Origin: an uncultured Gammaproteobacteria bacterium | GTDB taxonomy: Bacteria > Patescibacteriota > Microgenomatia > UBA8517 | Assembly (NCBI GenBank): GCA_964396785.1 | Contig: CAYNFU010000003.1 | Location: forward strand, 1-51,070 | DNA: 51,070 nucleotides | Direction of reading: 5' to 3' | Part shown: positions 33,076-40,755 of the stretch, piece by piece | Position numbering within the stretch: position 1 is the first letter of the stretch | Layout of the letters: each line of letters begins with the position of its first letter | Translations under genes and position numbers: made by a program | The notes under the pieces: model-generated | What the model saw: only the letters and a program-made list of their open reading frames with translations | What the model was told of the DNA's origin: nothing | The model's database searches: none

Positions 33076-34803
33076 TTAGGGTTGTGTATCTGTAGGCGTA
33101 GGGGTAATTGGCTCGGATTCCTTCTGGGGAATCGCAAGGACCTTGTGCTTAACTAAAATCCCTTTGACCAGTCCAAAGAAATCCCATACTTCTTTTGAAC
33201 CAAGAAGAATACTAATGACAAGGTAAATTACAACTCCAACTCCCGTAACCATGATCGTGAGAGCAAAAAGGTTTCCAGTGTAGCGAGTATCAAGAACAAA
33301 TCGCTCAAAGGGAATTTCGCGGGTTGCATCAATAGTCCCTAAAAAAGAAAGCCTCTTTACCCAAACACTTCTGTCAAAAATCTTAAGAAGAAAAAACATT
33401 GCCGACCCTGCTCCGAGGGAAGCAATCAGAGTTTTTAGAGGAGAAATAAGAAGACTTACGAAATTTTCTGCCTCGATTCTTTTTGTAATTAAATAAAAAA
33501 GGACAATCGCCTGAATTCCCGCCCCAATTGAGAAGGCGAGTGCTAGTCCCCAGACGGGAAGGGAAAAACCCCTAATAAAAATAAAGTCTAAGACTACAAC
33601 CACCAATATTGAGATAATGGATACTATTACCGGGGTCTTAGTATCGTGGAGTGCATAAAATCCCCTTGAAAGAAGAGACACCGCTGACTGGAAGGAAACT
33701 CCCAGGGCAAAGGCCGAAACGACGAGTCCCGTTTGTACCGTTGATTCCCAACTAAATATATCCGTTCCGAAGATAAGCCTTACCAAAGGGATTCTTAAAA
33801 CTATTAAAACAGTCGCCATGGGAGCGACAAAAAAGATTATCTGGTAAAGCGCCCCCAAAAGTGTTCTTCTAAAATCCGAAGGATTACCAGCCTGCCTTGC
33901 GAGGGTGGGAAGAGCCGCTTTGGCAACTGAAGATCCAAAAAGACCAACCGGAAGAAATTGGAGGGTGCTTGCGAATGTAAAATAGGTGTAGGAAGCGGTT
34001 GAAATGATTGAAGCTAAAGATAGCTCAACTAACTTTGAAGCTTGCAGGAAACTTACCTCGATAATCCTAGGCAGGGCGAGTTTTCCAATAGTTTTTACGT
34101 CTTTATTTAACTTAATTTTAGGAGAAAATCTAAAACCTAACTTCACTGCGAATGGAAGCTGAATAAGAAAATGTAAGAAGGACCCCAAAAGTACTCCAAG
34201 AGCCGGGGCAAGTAGTCCAAATTTACCGACCAGGAGAATGGTTCCAAAAATGATTCCTAGATTATAAAAAAGGGGGGCAAGGGCTGGAACCAAAAAACGC
34301 CTCAGAGATTCTAGTACCGAAGTTAAGACATAACTCACTACAAAAAAACCCTGGGCGGCAAAAAGAATTCTAGCAATTTTGACTATTTGGGCCCTCTGGG
34401 TAGGGTCATATCCTGGGGCAAAAAGGCTATATAATGGGTCGGCAAAAAGGGCCAAAATAAATCCCACAAGTAAGAATGCTATTGCTCCAATATTCGTTAC
34501 ACTCTCCGCAATATTCCATGCATTCTTCCTGCCCCGCTTTAAAGCTTTGGTGAAAACAGGAATAAAAGCGGATGAAAATGTTCCAAAAACTAAAACTTCA
34601 AAAACCAGGTCTGGAAGTCTAAAGGCTGCGAAGAAGAGCGATAGTTCCTCCGCTCCAAAAAAGTGAGCCAAAACCCTCTGGCGCACAAGTCCTAAGACTC
34701 TTGAAGCAACAACCATAAGCATGATAATAGTTGCGGCAGACAAGACCGAAGTTTGGGCCGAAAAGATAAGTTTTTTCCCTTTTGAAATTATTTTTCCAAC
34801 CAT
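33076..34803 (-). CDS. murJ: Lipid II flippase MurJ/MviN
   Basis: 575 aa, polytopic. SRVLGLVRQRVLAHFFGA....FFAAFRLPDL and FSSAFIPVF are typical MurJ N-terminal blocks. Confidence 0.9.
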   Translation of the reverse strand: MVGKIISKGKKLIFSAQTSVLSAATIIMLMVVASRVLGLVRQRVLAHFFGAEELSLFFAAFRLPDLVFEVLVFGTFSSAFIPVFTKALKRGRKNAWNIAESVTNIGAIAFLLVGFILALFADPLYSLFAPGYDPTQRAQIVKIARILFAAQGFFVVSYVLTSVLESLRRFLVPALAPLFYNLGIIFGTILLVGKFGLLAPALGVLLGSFLHFLIQLPFAVKLGFRFSPKIKLNKDVKTIGKLALPRIIEVSFLQASKLVELSLASIISTASYTYFTFASTLQFLPVGLFGSSVAKAALPTLARQAGNPSDFRRTLLGALYQIIFFVAPMATVLIVLRIPLVRLIFGTDIFSWESTVQTGLVVSAFALGVSFQSAVSLLSRGFYALHDTKTPVIVSIISILVVVVLDFIFIRGFSLPVWGLALAFSIGAGIQAIVLFYLITKRIEAENFVSLLISPLKTLIASLGAGSAMFFLLKIFDRSVWVKRLSFLGTIDATREIPFERFVLDTRYTGNLFALTIMVTGVGVVIYLVISILLGSKEVWDFFGLVKGILVKHKVLAIPQKESEPITPTPTDTQP

Positions 34804-34831
34804 TGTTTTTTAAATCTTCATAGATTATACT
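34803..34831 (+). promoter_or_regulatory. rpsT promoter, leaderless-type
   Basis: TTGTTT (34803-34808), a 17-nt spacer, TATACT (34826-34831), then 6 nt to the ATG at 34838. The opposite strand reads TATAAT at 34824-34829, facing murJ. Confidence 0.5.
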
Positions 34832-34837
34832 CTGCCC

Positions 34838-35128
34838 ATGCCCGTAACAAAAACGGCAAAAAGAGCCTTAAGGGCGGCCAAAAGAAAGGCTATAGTAAAT
34901 AGCTCTATTATAAAAAATTTGGAGATTGCTGTCCGTGTTGCCAAAAAATCAAAATCCGCCGAGAAGATTATTAAGGCTACCTCACTTCTTGATAGGGCTG
35001 CCAAAAAGAAAGCGATTCATAAAAATAAGGCCGCAAGAATTAAAAGCATTCTCTCAAAACTTACCCCCCGAAGGACAAATCACCCTAAGGCAAAGACGAA
35101 ACCAGCAAAAAAGACCTCAAAAAAGTAA
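34838..35128 (+). CDS. rpsT: 30S ribosomal protein S20
   Basis: 96 aa, very basic. AKRALRAAKRK.....IK........K and AAKKKAIHKNKAAR.KS.L are S20-like. Confidence 0.9.
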   Translation: MPVTKTAKRALRAAKRKAIVNSSIIKNLEIAVRVAKKSKSAEKIIKATSLLDRAAKKKAIHKNKAARIKSILSKLTPRRTNHPKAKTKPAKKTSKK

Positions 35129-35157
35129 GATTTTCGTTTCTTTCATGGCTTTCCATG

Positions 35158-35166
35158 TGGTATATT
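35158..35166 (+). promoter_or_regulatory. Extended -10 promoter (TGgTATATT) 8 nt upstream of the pilN-like ATG
   Basis: Reads gTGgTATATTgagactgcATG. No good -35 is present. Confidence 0.4.
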
Positions 35167-35174
35167 GAGACTGC

Positions 35175-35735
35175 ATGGCTGCCCGAAAAAAACAATCTTT
35201 AATTAATCTTTTACCTTCTGAAGAGTTTGCTGGTTCAACAACTGGAAGAGCTCTAGCTTGGGCCCTATCTACATTTCGCTACATTGTTATTGTTACAGAA
35301 CTAGTAGTAATTTTGGCATTTATATCGAGATTTTGGCTCGACGCCCAAAACCAAAGCCTGAGAGAAGAAATAGAACAGAAACAAGCACTTATCGCGAGTT
35401 CTTCCGACTTTGAAAAAGAGTTTAAAGAAGTTCAAAAACGTCTTACCGTTTATAAAACCCTTACAAAAGACTCCCTTTCTTTCTCAAAAATATTCACAGA
35501 TATTTCAACTAATATCCCAGATGACGTCTTATTATCAACCATCACATTTTTTGAAACTGGATTAACTATTGAAGGTTTTTCGTCAAACGAAAGGAGTATC
35601 GTCCAACTTGCAGTCAACCTTGAGAAAAACGCCGGATATCCAGATACTTCTGTCGCCTCGGTAAGTACAAACAAGGAAGATCCTTCTCTTCTTGAATTTA
35701 GTCTTAATGTTGCTCTTCCAAAGGAGGGTATTTAA
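35175..35735 (+). CDS. pilN: PilN-like type IV pilus alignment protein
   Basis: N-terminal SLINLLPSEE (the conserved INLLP PilM-binding peptide), a single TM helix, a coiled coil, and a small alpha/beta domain. 186 aa. Confidence 0.75.
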   Translation: MAARKKQSLINLLPSEEFAGSTTGRALAWALSTFRYIVIVTELVVILAFISRFWLDAQNQSLREEIEQKQALIASSSDFEKEFKEVQKRLTVYKTLTKDSLSFSKIFTDISTNIPDDVLLSTITFFETGLTIEGFSSNERSIVQLAVNLEKNAGYPDTSVASVSTNKEDPSLLEFSLNVALPKEGI

Positions 35736-36386
35736 ATGGCTCTAGGTTGGAGATCAAATTATTTTCGTTACAAAACTTACTTCCTCAACGTTGTAGGTCA
35801 TTACCAAAAAAGAGACGACTTAAAAATGTTTATGGAATTTATGCTCTCTTTGGCGACTATTGCGATATTCGGCATATTTGCAATAAGACCTACACTTTTG
35901 ACTATAGCCGAGCTTTTAAAAGAAATTGAAGGCAAAAAACAAACCGTTAGCATCATGAATGAAAAAATAGAAAATCTAAATCAGGCCCAAGCACTCTATG
36001 AAGAAGTAAGACCCGACATAGACCTTCTTAAAATAGCGATACCCAAAAAGGGCGAGCCCGAGAATCTCGTCCGACAATTTGAGGGAGTAGTAAGTCAAAA
36101 TCCTATAAGCATTCTTTCGCTATCTCTCGGACAAGTAAACATTTTGGGTGAGAGTGTCCCAATCGGGGTAATCACAACGAACGAGCTTCCCGAAGGGGCC
36201 GAGGGATTAGCGTTTACGATAAGCTCAAGCTCCGACTACCCCTTGCTTTCTTCTTTTGTAAAATCTTTGGAAGGGTTAAGACGACCTTATAAACTCGATG
36301 CCTTATATATTAATACTGCGCTTACACTTGAAGGAGGTAAGCAATTGATTCTTGTCATTAATGCACACTCGCCGTATCTTAAATAA
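35736..36386 (+). CDS. pilO: PilO-like type IV pilus alignment protein
   Basis: Short cytoplasmic N-terminus, TM helix (LSLATIAIFGIFAI), coiled coil (LKEIEGKKQTVSIMNEKIENLNQAQALYEE), and a C-terminal globular domain. Starts immediately after the pilN stop. Confidence 0.6.
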   Translation: MALGWRSNYFRYKTYFLNVVGHYQKRDDLKMFMEFMLSLATIAIFGIFAIRPTLLTIAELLKEIEGKKQTVSIMNEKIENLNQAQALYEEVRPDIDLLKIAIPKKGEPENLVRQFEGVVSQNPISILSLSLGQVNILGESVPIGVITTNELPEGAEGLAFTISSSSDYPLLSSFVKSLEGLRRPYKLDALYINTALTLEGGKQLILVINAHSPYLK

Positions 36387-36392
36387 ATAGAC

Positions 36393-36743
36393 ATGAAGAG
36401 AAAAATGCCGGCTTTGGTTTCAACTGCAATACTTACCGTAATCACATTATTCATGTGGATAGCTTTTAGCGTCTATCGGGTACTCACTGAACAGCCACCA
36501 ATAAGTGTTCCTCCCGAGATACTTGAACCAATCTCCCCAACTCTTGATAAAGAGGCTCTTGCAACTTTATCGCAAAGGACATATTTTGAGGAGACAGATG
36601 TGCCAGAAACATTTGTAAATCAAGGCCCGCAAGTCACCCAGCAACTCTCCGTCCCGGAGGCTACTCCCGCGTCGACGATTTCACCTAGCCCAGCACCAGA
36701 AGCCACCGGCTCGGCAGAATTAACAGCAACACCGACACCATGA
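36393..36743 (+). CDS. Small membrane-anchored protein with a Pro/Thr/Ser-rich C-terminus (116 aa)
   Basis: N-terminal TM helix ALVSTAILTVITLFMWIAFSVY and the tail ..ATPASTISPSPAPEATGSAELTATPTP. ATGA overlap with the next gene. Confidence 0.6.
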   Translation: MKRKMPALVSTAILTVITLFMWIAFSVYRVLTEQPPISVPPEILEPISPTLDKEALATLSQRTYFEETDVPETFVNQGPQVTQQLSVPEATPASTISPSPAPEATGSAELTATPTP

Positions 36744-38125
36744 AAGGAAAAATACCTACAATCATAGTTTTAGTAATGCTTGTAATAGGTGTGGTGGTCG
36801 GGGTTTTTTTGGTAAGAAACCGGCAAATTTTTAGACTTGGGGCAAGTGGAGAGATTACCCCTAAGGACGTACGCGTGACCAATATTACCGAATCGTCCTT
36901 AACTGTTTCGTGGACAACCGACAACGAGACTTCGGGAGCGGTATCATTTGGAAAAAATGAGATGCTTGGGCAAACTCTATTAAGCGAAGTCGAAGGGCAA
37001 GCGACACTTCATTCGGCGGTTCTTACAGGGTTAGATCCCGAAAGTAGCTATTTTATTAACATAAATTCAAATGAAACGGAATTTGATAATAACGGGGTCT
37101 CTTGGCAGGTCTCAACGGGGCCGGTCCTTGAACCCACAACCGAAACGATTGTTATTTCAGGGAAGATTTTAGATACAGATGGAAATCCCGCCGGAGGAGT
37201 CCTGGTTTATGTAGCAATTGGAGGAGGAACTCCACTTTCAACCCTCACCTCCTCTGATGGAAATTGGGTTATCCCCATTTCTACCTCAAGAACTCTCGAT
37301 TTAACGTCATTCGTTTCAATTGACGAAGAAAACTCCTTGGCAGAAATCTCCGTCCAGGGAGGTATAGGCGGTATTGCATCAGCCCAGATTTACCCGATAT
37401 CGGCAAAACCTGCGCCCCCAATAACCCTGGGCCAGGTACACGATTTCCGAAATCTTCCCCCGTCAACTCCAGGGGAAACTCCTGGGGCAACAATTGAAAT
37501 ACCCGAAGGGGAGGAGCAAGAATCTGGTTTTGCAGTACCCGAAACCGCAACCGCTTCGGGTCAAACTGTAACTCTTGAGAGTGTAGATAGTGGCGAAGTG
37601 GTAGCAACAACCCAACCAGAATTTTTCGGGGAAGGACCTAAGGGTACTGTAATTACGGTAACACTCGAATCAGACCCAGTTATCGATCAAGTTACGGTCG
37701 GGACTGATGGAGAATGGAACTGGACACCACCCGAGGGTCTTTTACCTGGAACCCACAAAATTACACTTTCTTGGAGAGACGCCCAAGGAATATTAAGAGC
37801 GCTAACTCGAACTTTTGTCGTTCAAGCAGCAGAGGAACCTGCATTCACCGCAACCCCTTCGGCTTCACCAACTCCGAGGGCAACCTCAACTCCTACGCCG
37901 ACCCCCAAACCGACGGGATCTCCAACGCCAACGCCCAAAGTCACGGCGACGCCGTCTGCTACTCTTACACCAACCAAAAAGCCTACCCCCACGGCAACTG
38001 GCTCATCCCTCCCAGATGCCGGTAGTCCGGGAGGAACCCTGGCTCTGGTTCTTTTTGGAGTCTCACTCCTAACATTTAGCACTCTCTCCCTAGCCCTATC
38101 TTTCAAAAAAGAGAAAAGCGCATGA
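36740..38125 (+). CDS. Surface protein: N-terminal anchor/signal, FN3-like domain, CarboxypepD_reg-like domain, bacterial Ig-like domain, PT-rich stalk and an LPDAG sorting signal
   Basis: VRVTNITESSLTVSWTTD (FN3-like), ISGKILDTDGNPAGGVLVYV, TQPEFFGEGPKGTVITVT...GTDGEWNWTP..LLPGTHKITL (Ig-like), a PT-rich run, then LPDAGS + hydrophobic stretch + KKEKSA. Confidence 0.8.
   Translation: MKGKIPTIIVLVMLVIGVVVGVFLVRNRQIFRLGASGEITPKDVRVTNITESSLTVSWTTDNETSGAVSFGKNEMLGQTLLSEVEGQATLHSAVLTGLDPESSYFININSNETEFDNNGVSWQVSTGPVLEPTTETIVISGKILDTDGNPAGGVLVYVAIGGGTPLSTLTSSDGNWVIPISTSRTLDLTSFVSIDEENSLAEISVQGGIGGIASAQIYPISAKPAPPITLGQVHDFRNLPPSTPGETPGATIEIPEGEEQESGFAVPETATASGQTVTLESVDSGEVVATTQPEFFGEGPKGTVITVTLESDPVIDQVTVGTDGEWNWTPPEGLLPGTHKITLSWRDAQGILRALTRTFVVQAAEEPAFTATPSASPTPRATSTPTPTPKPTGSPTPTPKVTATPSATLTPTKKPTPTATGSSLPDAGSPGGTLALVLFGVSLLTFSTLSLALSFKKEKSA
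38009..38125 (+). other. C-terminal cell-wall sorting signal (LPDAG motif + TM helix + basic tail)
   Basis: LPDAG is encoded at 38009-38023, followed by SPGGTLALVLFGVSLLTFSTLSLALSF and KKEKSA. This is the tripartite architecture of sortase substrates. Confidence 0.7.
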
Positions 38126-38523
38126 ACGAAAACCTTAAACGAAGATTGCCAATAATTGGCGTTGCGGCTGCAACTATAGTTCTCGCTGGAATTGCAGTTT
38201 TTACGGCTACTAGAATCTTTCAATCAAGGGAGGAGAACATCTCCCCAATCGCGCCCGAGGAGGAGCTCGCCCAAGCTCCAACTTTCACTCCAACTCCCTT
38301 ACCTACCTCTACCCCTACAATAAACCTCTCGGGAACTCCCACTCCAACGAGAACTTTGACGCCAACTGCTTCTACCTCGGGAACCCTCACTCCAACAAAA
38401 AAATTGACGGCCACTCCGACCTCAGCCGAAACCCTTCCGGATGCTGGAATTTCATATCCCACTCTAGTTGGAGTATCTGTAGGGCTCGTCCTTCTAATTG
38501 CGGGAGTGCTCTTGGCCATTTAA
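38122..38523 (+). CDS. Small PT-rich surface protein with an LPDAG sorting signal (133 aa)
   Basis: N-terminal TM helix, a PT-rich stalk, and TLTPTKKLTATPTSAETLPDAGISYPTLVGVSVGLVLLIAGVLLAI. ATGA overlap with the upstream gene. Confidence 0.7.
   Translation: MNENLKRRLPIIGVAAATIVLAGIAVFTATRIFQSREENISPIAPEEELAQAPTFTPTPLPTSTPTINLSGTPTPTRTLTPTASTSGTLTPTKKLTATPTSAETLPDAGISYPTLVGVSVGLVLLIAGVLLAI
38434..38523 (+). other. Second LPDAG sorting signal (motif + hydrophobic helix, no basic tail)
   Basis: LPDAG is encoded at 38434-38448. The preceding TLTPTKK.T.T.T block is paralogous to the one in the 461-aa protein. Confidence 0.6.
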
Positions 38524-38569
38524 TCCTCAAAAAGTTATTTTTCCGCTATACTTTGATAGTTTAAAGTTA

Positions 38570-40198
38570 ATGAGAAAGTATCTTTCATTTCCCGAAATTC
38601 TTATATTTCTACCCATCCTCGCTTTTTCGTTACTTCTGATGTTCAAAACATTCCAGATTTCTCCCGATGGAAATTTAAAAATTGCAACTAAGGCCTGGAG
38701 TGATTTCGCCGCAACAATTCCACTTATTCGTTCATTCTCTTTGGGTGATAATTTTCCACCCGAATATCCTCTTTTTGCTGGACCACCGATTCGATACCAT
38801 TTCCTCTTTTTTTTATTTGTGGGATTTTTGGAGAGAATCGGCTTGAGACTCGATTGGGCTCTTAATATCCCTAGCGCAATTTCATTCTTCCTTTTAACTC
38901 TGGTTATTTATTTTTTGGGGGTAAAAGTTTTCAAAAAAAAGAGCATTGGAATACTATCCGTTGTTCTTTTTCTTTTTAATGGGTCATTCTCTTTTTTGGA
39001 ATTTCTAAAGACTCACCCTATCTCTCCTAATTTTGTAAATGAAATTACCAAGGCTACCCAATTTGCATCTTTCGGTCCCTATGACGGCAAAATTGTCTCC
39101 GCCTTTTGGAGTCTTAATATTTTTACCAATCAGAGACACCTGGCTTTAGCCTATGCGGCTTTCTTACTTTTGGTTTTTTTCCTTTATAGATTCACAGATG
39201 TAAATAAAAAATTTTCCATAAAAGTTGTTGTGCTACTTTCGCTACTCATTGGTCTTTTTCCTTTTATCCACCTTGCTGTCTTTGGAATGATGCTTATCGC
39301 ACTTGGAGTATTTTTCTTACTTTACCCAAAGGCAAGATATCAAATATTTCTAATCGGCCTTTTTTCGTTAGCCATTGCTCTCCCCCAAATCCTTTATATG
39401 GGTAAGTCTCAAATAACTGTAAAGTTTTTCGATCCCGGCTATTTGGTACAAAATCTAAACCTGGTCAATTTTATTAAATATTGGGTTTTGAATTTAGGTT
39501 TAGGAGTTTTCCTTGCCCCAATAGGATTTGCGCTTGTACCAAAGAAGATTAAGAAAATTTTCTTCCCATTCCTCACCCTTTTTGTCGTTGGAAATCTTTT
39601 TCGCTTCTCGCCGGAGGTCGCAGCAAATCACAAATTCTTCAACCTATTTTTAATCGGAGCAAATTTTTTTACAGCTTTTGCACTAGTGAGTATTTGGGAT
39701 AAAAAAATTGTTGGAAAAGTATTGGTAGCGAGTTCCATCTTCTTACTAACTTTCTCCGGAATTATCGATATATTCCCAATACTAAATGACGGCTACATTG
39801 AAATTTCTGACTATCGAAAAAATCAAACCTCCCAATTTATTATCAGAAATTCCACAAAGGATAGTCTGATATTAAATTCATCCTATCTTTACGACCCAGC
39901 CTCGCTTGCCGGAAGAAAAATATATTTGGGCTGGCCTTATTTTTCTTGGTCTGCCGGATACGATACAGACACGCGTTTTCAAATGCTAAGGTCCATCCTT
40001 GAAGCAAAAGACAAGAAAACTGCGTGCGCACTTCTGACTCAAGAGGGCATCGATTATATTGAAACTTCCGAACCAACATCTCTAGAAGGAGTGCAAGCAA
40101 ATTATTCTTTATTTGAGAAAAATTTCGAAAAAATATTTATCGATCCAAGACTGAAGCTCAATATATATGATGTAAAAGTATCTTGTGTAAAAAATTAA
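38570..40198 (+). CDS. Polytopic membrane protein, GT-C-fold glycosyltransferase-like (PMT/ArnT-type)
   Basis: About 12 predicted TM helices with a C-terminal soluble domain. The first-loop region is ..AWSDFAATIPLIRSFSLGDNFPPEYPLFAG... The start is set at ATG 38570 (MRKYLSF) to avoid overlapping the upstream gene. The family call is inferred from architecture. Confidence 0.5.
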   Translation: MRKYLSFPEILIFLPILAFSLLLMFKTFQISPDGNLKIATKAWSDFAATIPLIRSFSLGDNFPPEYPLFAGPPIRYHFLFFLFVGFLERIGLRLDWALNIPSAISFFLLTLVIYFLGVKVFKKKSIGILSVVLFLFNGSFSFLEFLKTHPISPNFVNEITKATQFASFGPYDGKIVSAFWSLNIFTNQRHLALAYAAFLLLVFFLYRFTDVNKKFSIKVVVLLSLLIGLFPFIHLAVFGMMLIALGVFFLLYPKARYQIFLIGLFSLAIALPQILYMGKSQITVKFFDPGYLVQNLNLVNFIKYWVLNLGLGVFLAPIGFALVPKKIKKIFFPFLTLFVVGNLFRFSPEVAANHKFFNLFLIGANFFTAFALVSIWDKKIVGKVLVASSIFLLTFSGIIDIFPILNDGYIEISDYRKNQTSQFIIRNSTKDSLILNSSYLYDPASLAGRKIYLGWPYFSWSAGYDTDTRFQMLRSILEAKDKKTACALLTQEGIDYIETSEPTSLEGVQANYSLFEKNFEKIFIDPRLKLNIYDVKVSCVKN

Positions 40199-40755
40199 GG
40201 AAAAATATTCTTTTTACTTATCCTAAATAGATCGGTAACGAAATTATAGACGCTCATTACAAATTTCCCGCGACTGGTGATTCTATAGCCCGACCCACTG
40301 TTAAAAATATTCCCTGAGACGGTCTGTTCGTCAAATCGTTTTCGAACACCTTCATGTTCATAAATGTATTTATCGATTAAAACTTTTGCCATTTCTTCTT
40401 CTGAGATTTCTCTATCCGAATTTTCGTTCATATATCCCAACAGAAAAGTGGAAACTGAACGCTCGGCAGTAACCGGAAGGTGGGTGAAAAAAACTAAGTT
40501 TAGACAAAAGATTAATACCGAGGACAGAAGTGCGTCAGAAAGAGAAAAAGTTTTGCCGCGAAGAGCAAAATTTATTCCCACCCCAACAAAAAAAGTAAAT
40601 AATGTGACAATGCTAAGAAAAATAATCCCTCGATAAAAAAGCACCGTAGTACTTTTTGCTAGTTCTGTCTGAAAAAGCAGAATAAAAAGGGCCGTACCTA
40701 ATACGAATAACTCGAGGTGTAAAAGAAATAACCAAAGACTTTTTTTGACATTCAT
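40195..40755 (-). CDS. Membrane protein of unknown function (186 aa; 4 TM helices plus a soluble C-terminus)
   Basis: Hydrophobic N-terminal two thirds. ATGA-type overlap with the upstream GT-C gene. Its stop overlaps the convergent gene's stop (TTAA). Confidence 0.55.
   Translation of the reverse strand: MNVKKSLWLFLLHLELFVLGTALFILLFQTELAKSTTVLFYRGIIFLSIVTLFTFFVGVGINFALRGKTFSLSDALLSSVLIFCLNLVFFTHLPVTAERSVSTFLLGYMNENSDREISEEEMAKVLIDKYIYEHEGVRKRFDEQTVSGNIFNSGSGYRITSRGKFVMSVYNFVTDLFRISKKNIFP

Noticed and set aside
35145-35158. Small hairpin CATGG-cttt-CCATG after rpsT, considered as the rpsT terminator.
   Set aside because: It has only a 5-bp stem and no following T-tract, and it overlaps the spacer of the candidate pilN promoter. 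It cannot be distinguished from chance.
34926-35168. 80-aa alternative-frame ORF overlapping rpsT, and a 60-aa ORF (35747-35929) inside the pilO-like gene.
   Set aside because: Both are same-strand out-of-frame overlaps with better-supported genes and encode basic low-complexity strings. No independent evidence supports them.
37850-38430. Repetitive ACC/CCA/ACT-rich DNA that could be mistaken for a tandem repeat or CRISPR-like array.
   Set aside because: There are no regularly spaced identical direct repeats. The periodicity is 3 nt and corresponds to the Pro/Thr-rich coding sequence of two adjacent genes.
37822-38519. Two minus-strand ORFs (133 aa and 99 aa) rich in Gly/Val repeats, opposite the PT-rich surface-protein genes.
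   Set aside because: They are the reverse-complement reading of Pro/Thr codon runs (ACN/CCN read as NGT/NGG give Gly/Val). The plus-strand genes have coherent signal, TM, domain and sorting-signal architecture and translational coupling, so the minus-strand ORFs are artefacts.
38498-38569. An upstream non-ATG start for the first GT-C gene, overlapping the 133-aa LPDAG gene by 26 nt.
   Set aside because: The extra 24 residues (MRECSWPFNPQKVIFPLYFDSLKL) are not membrane-protein-like. The ATG at 38570 begins a typical short basic N-terminus followed by the first TM helix.
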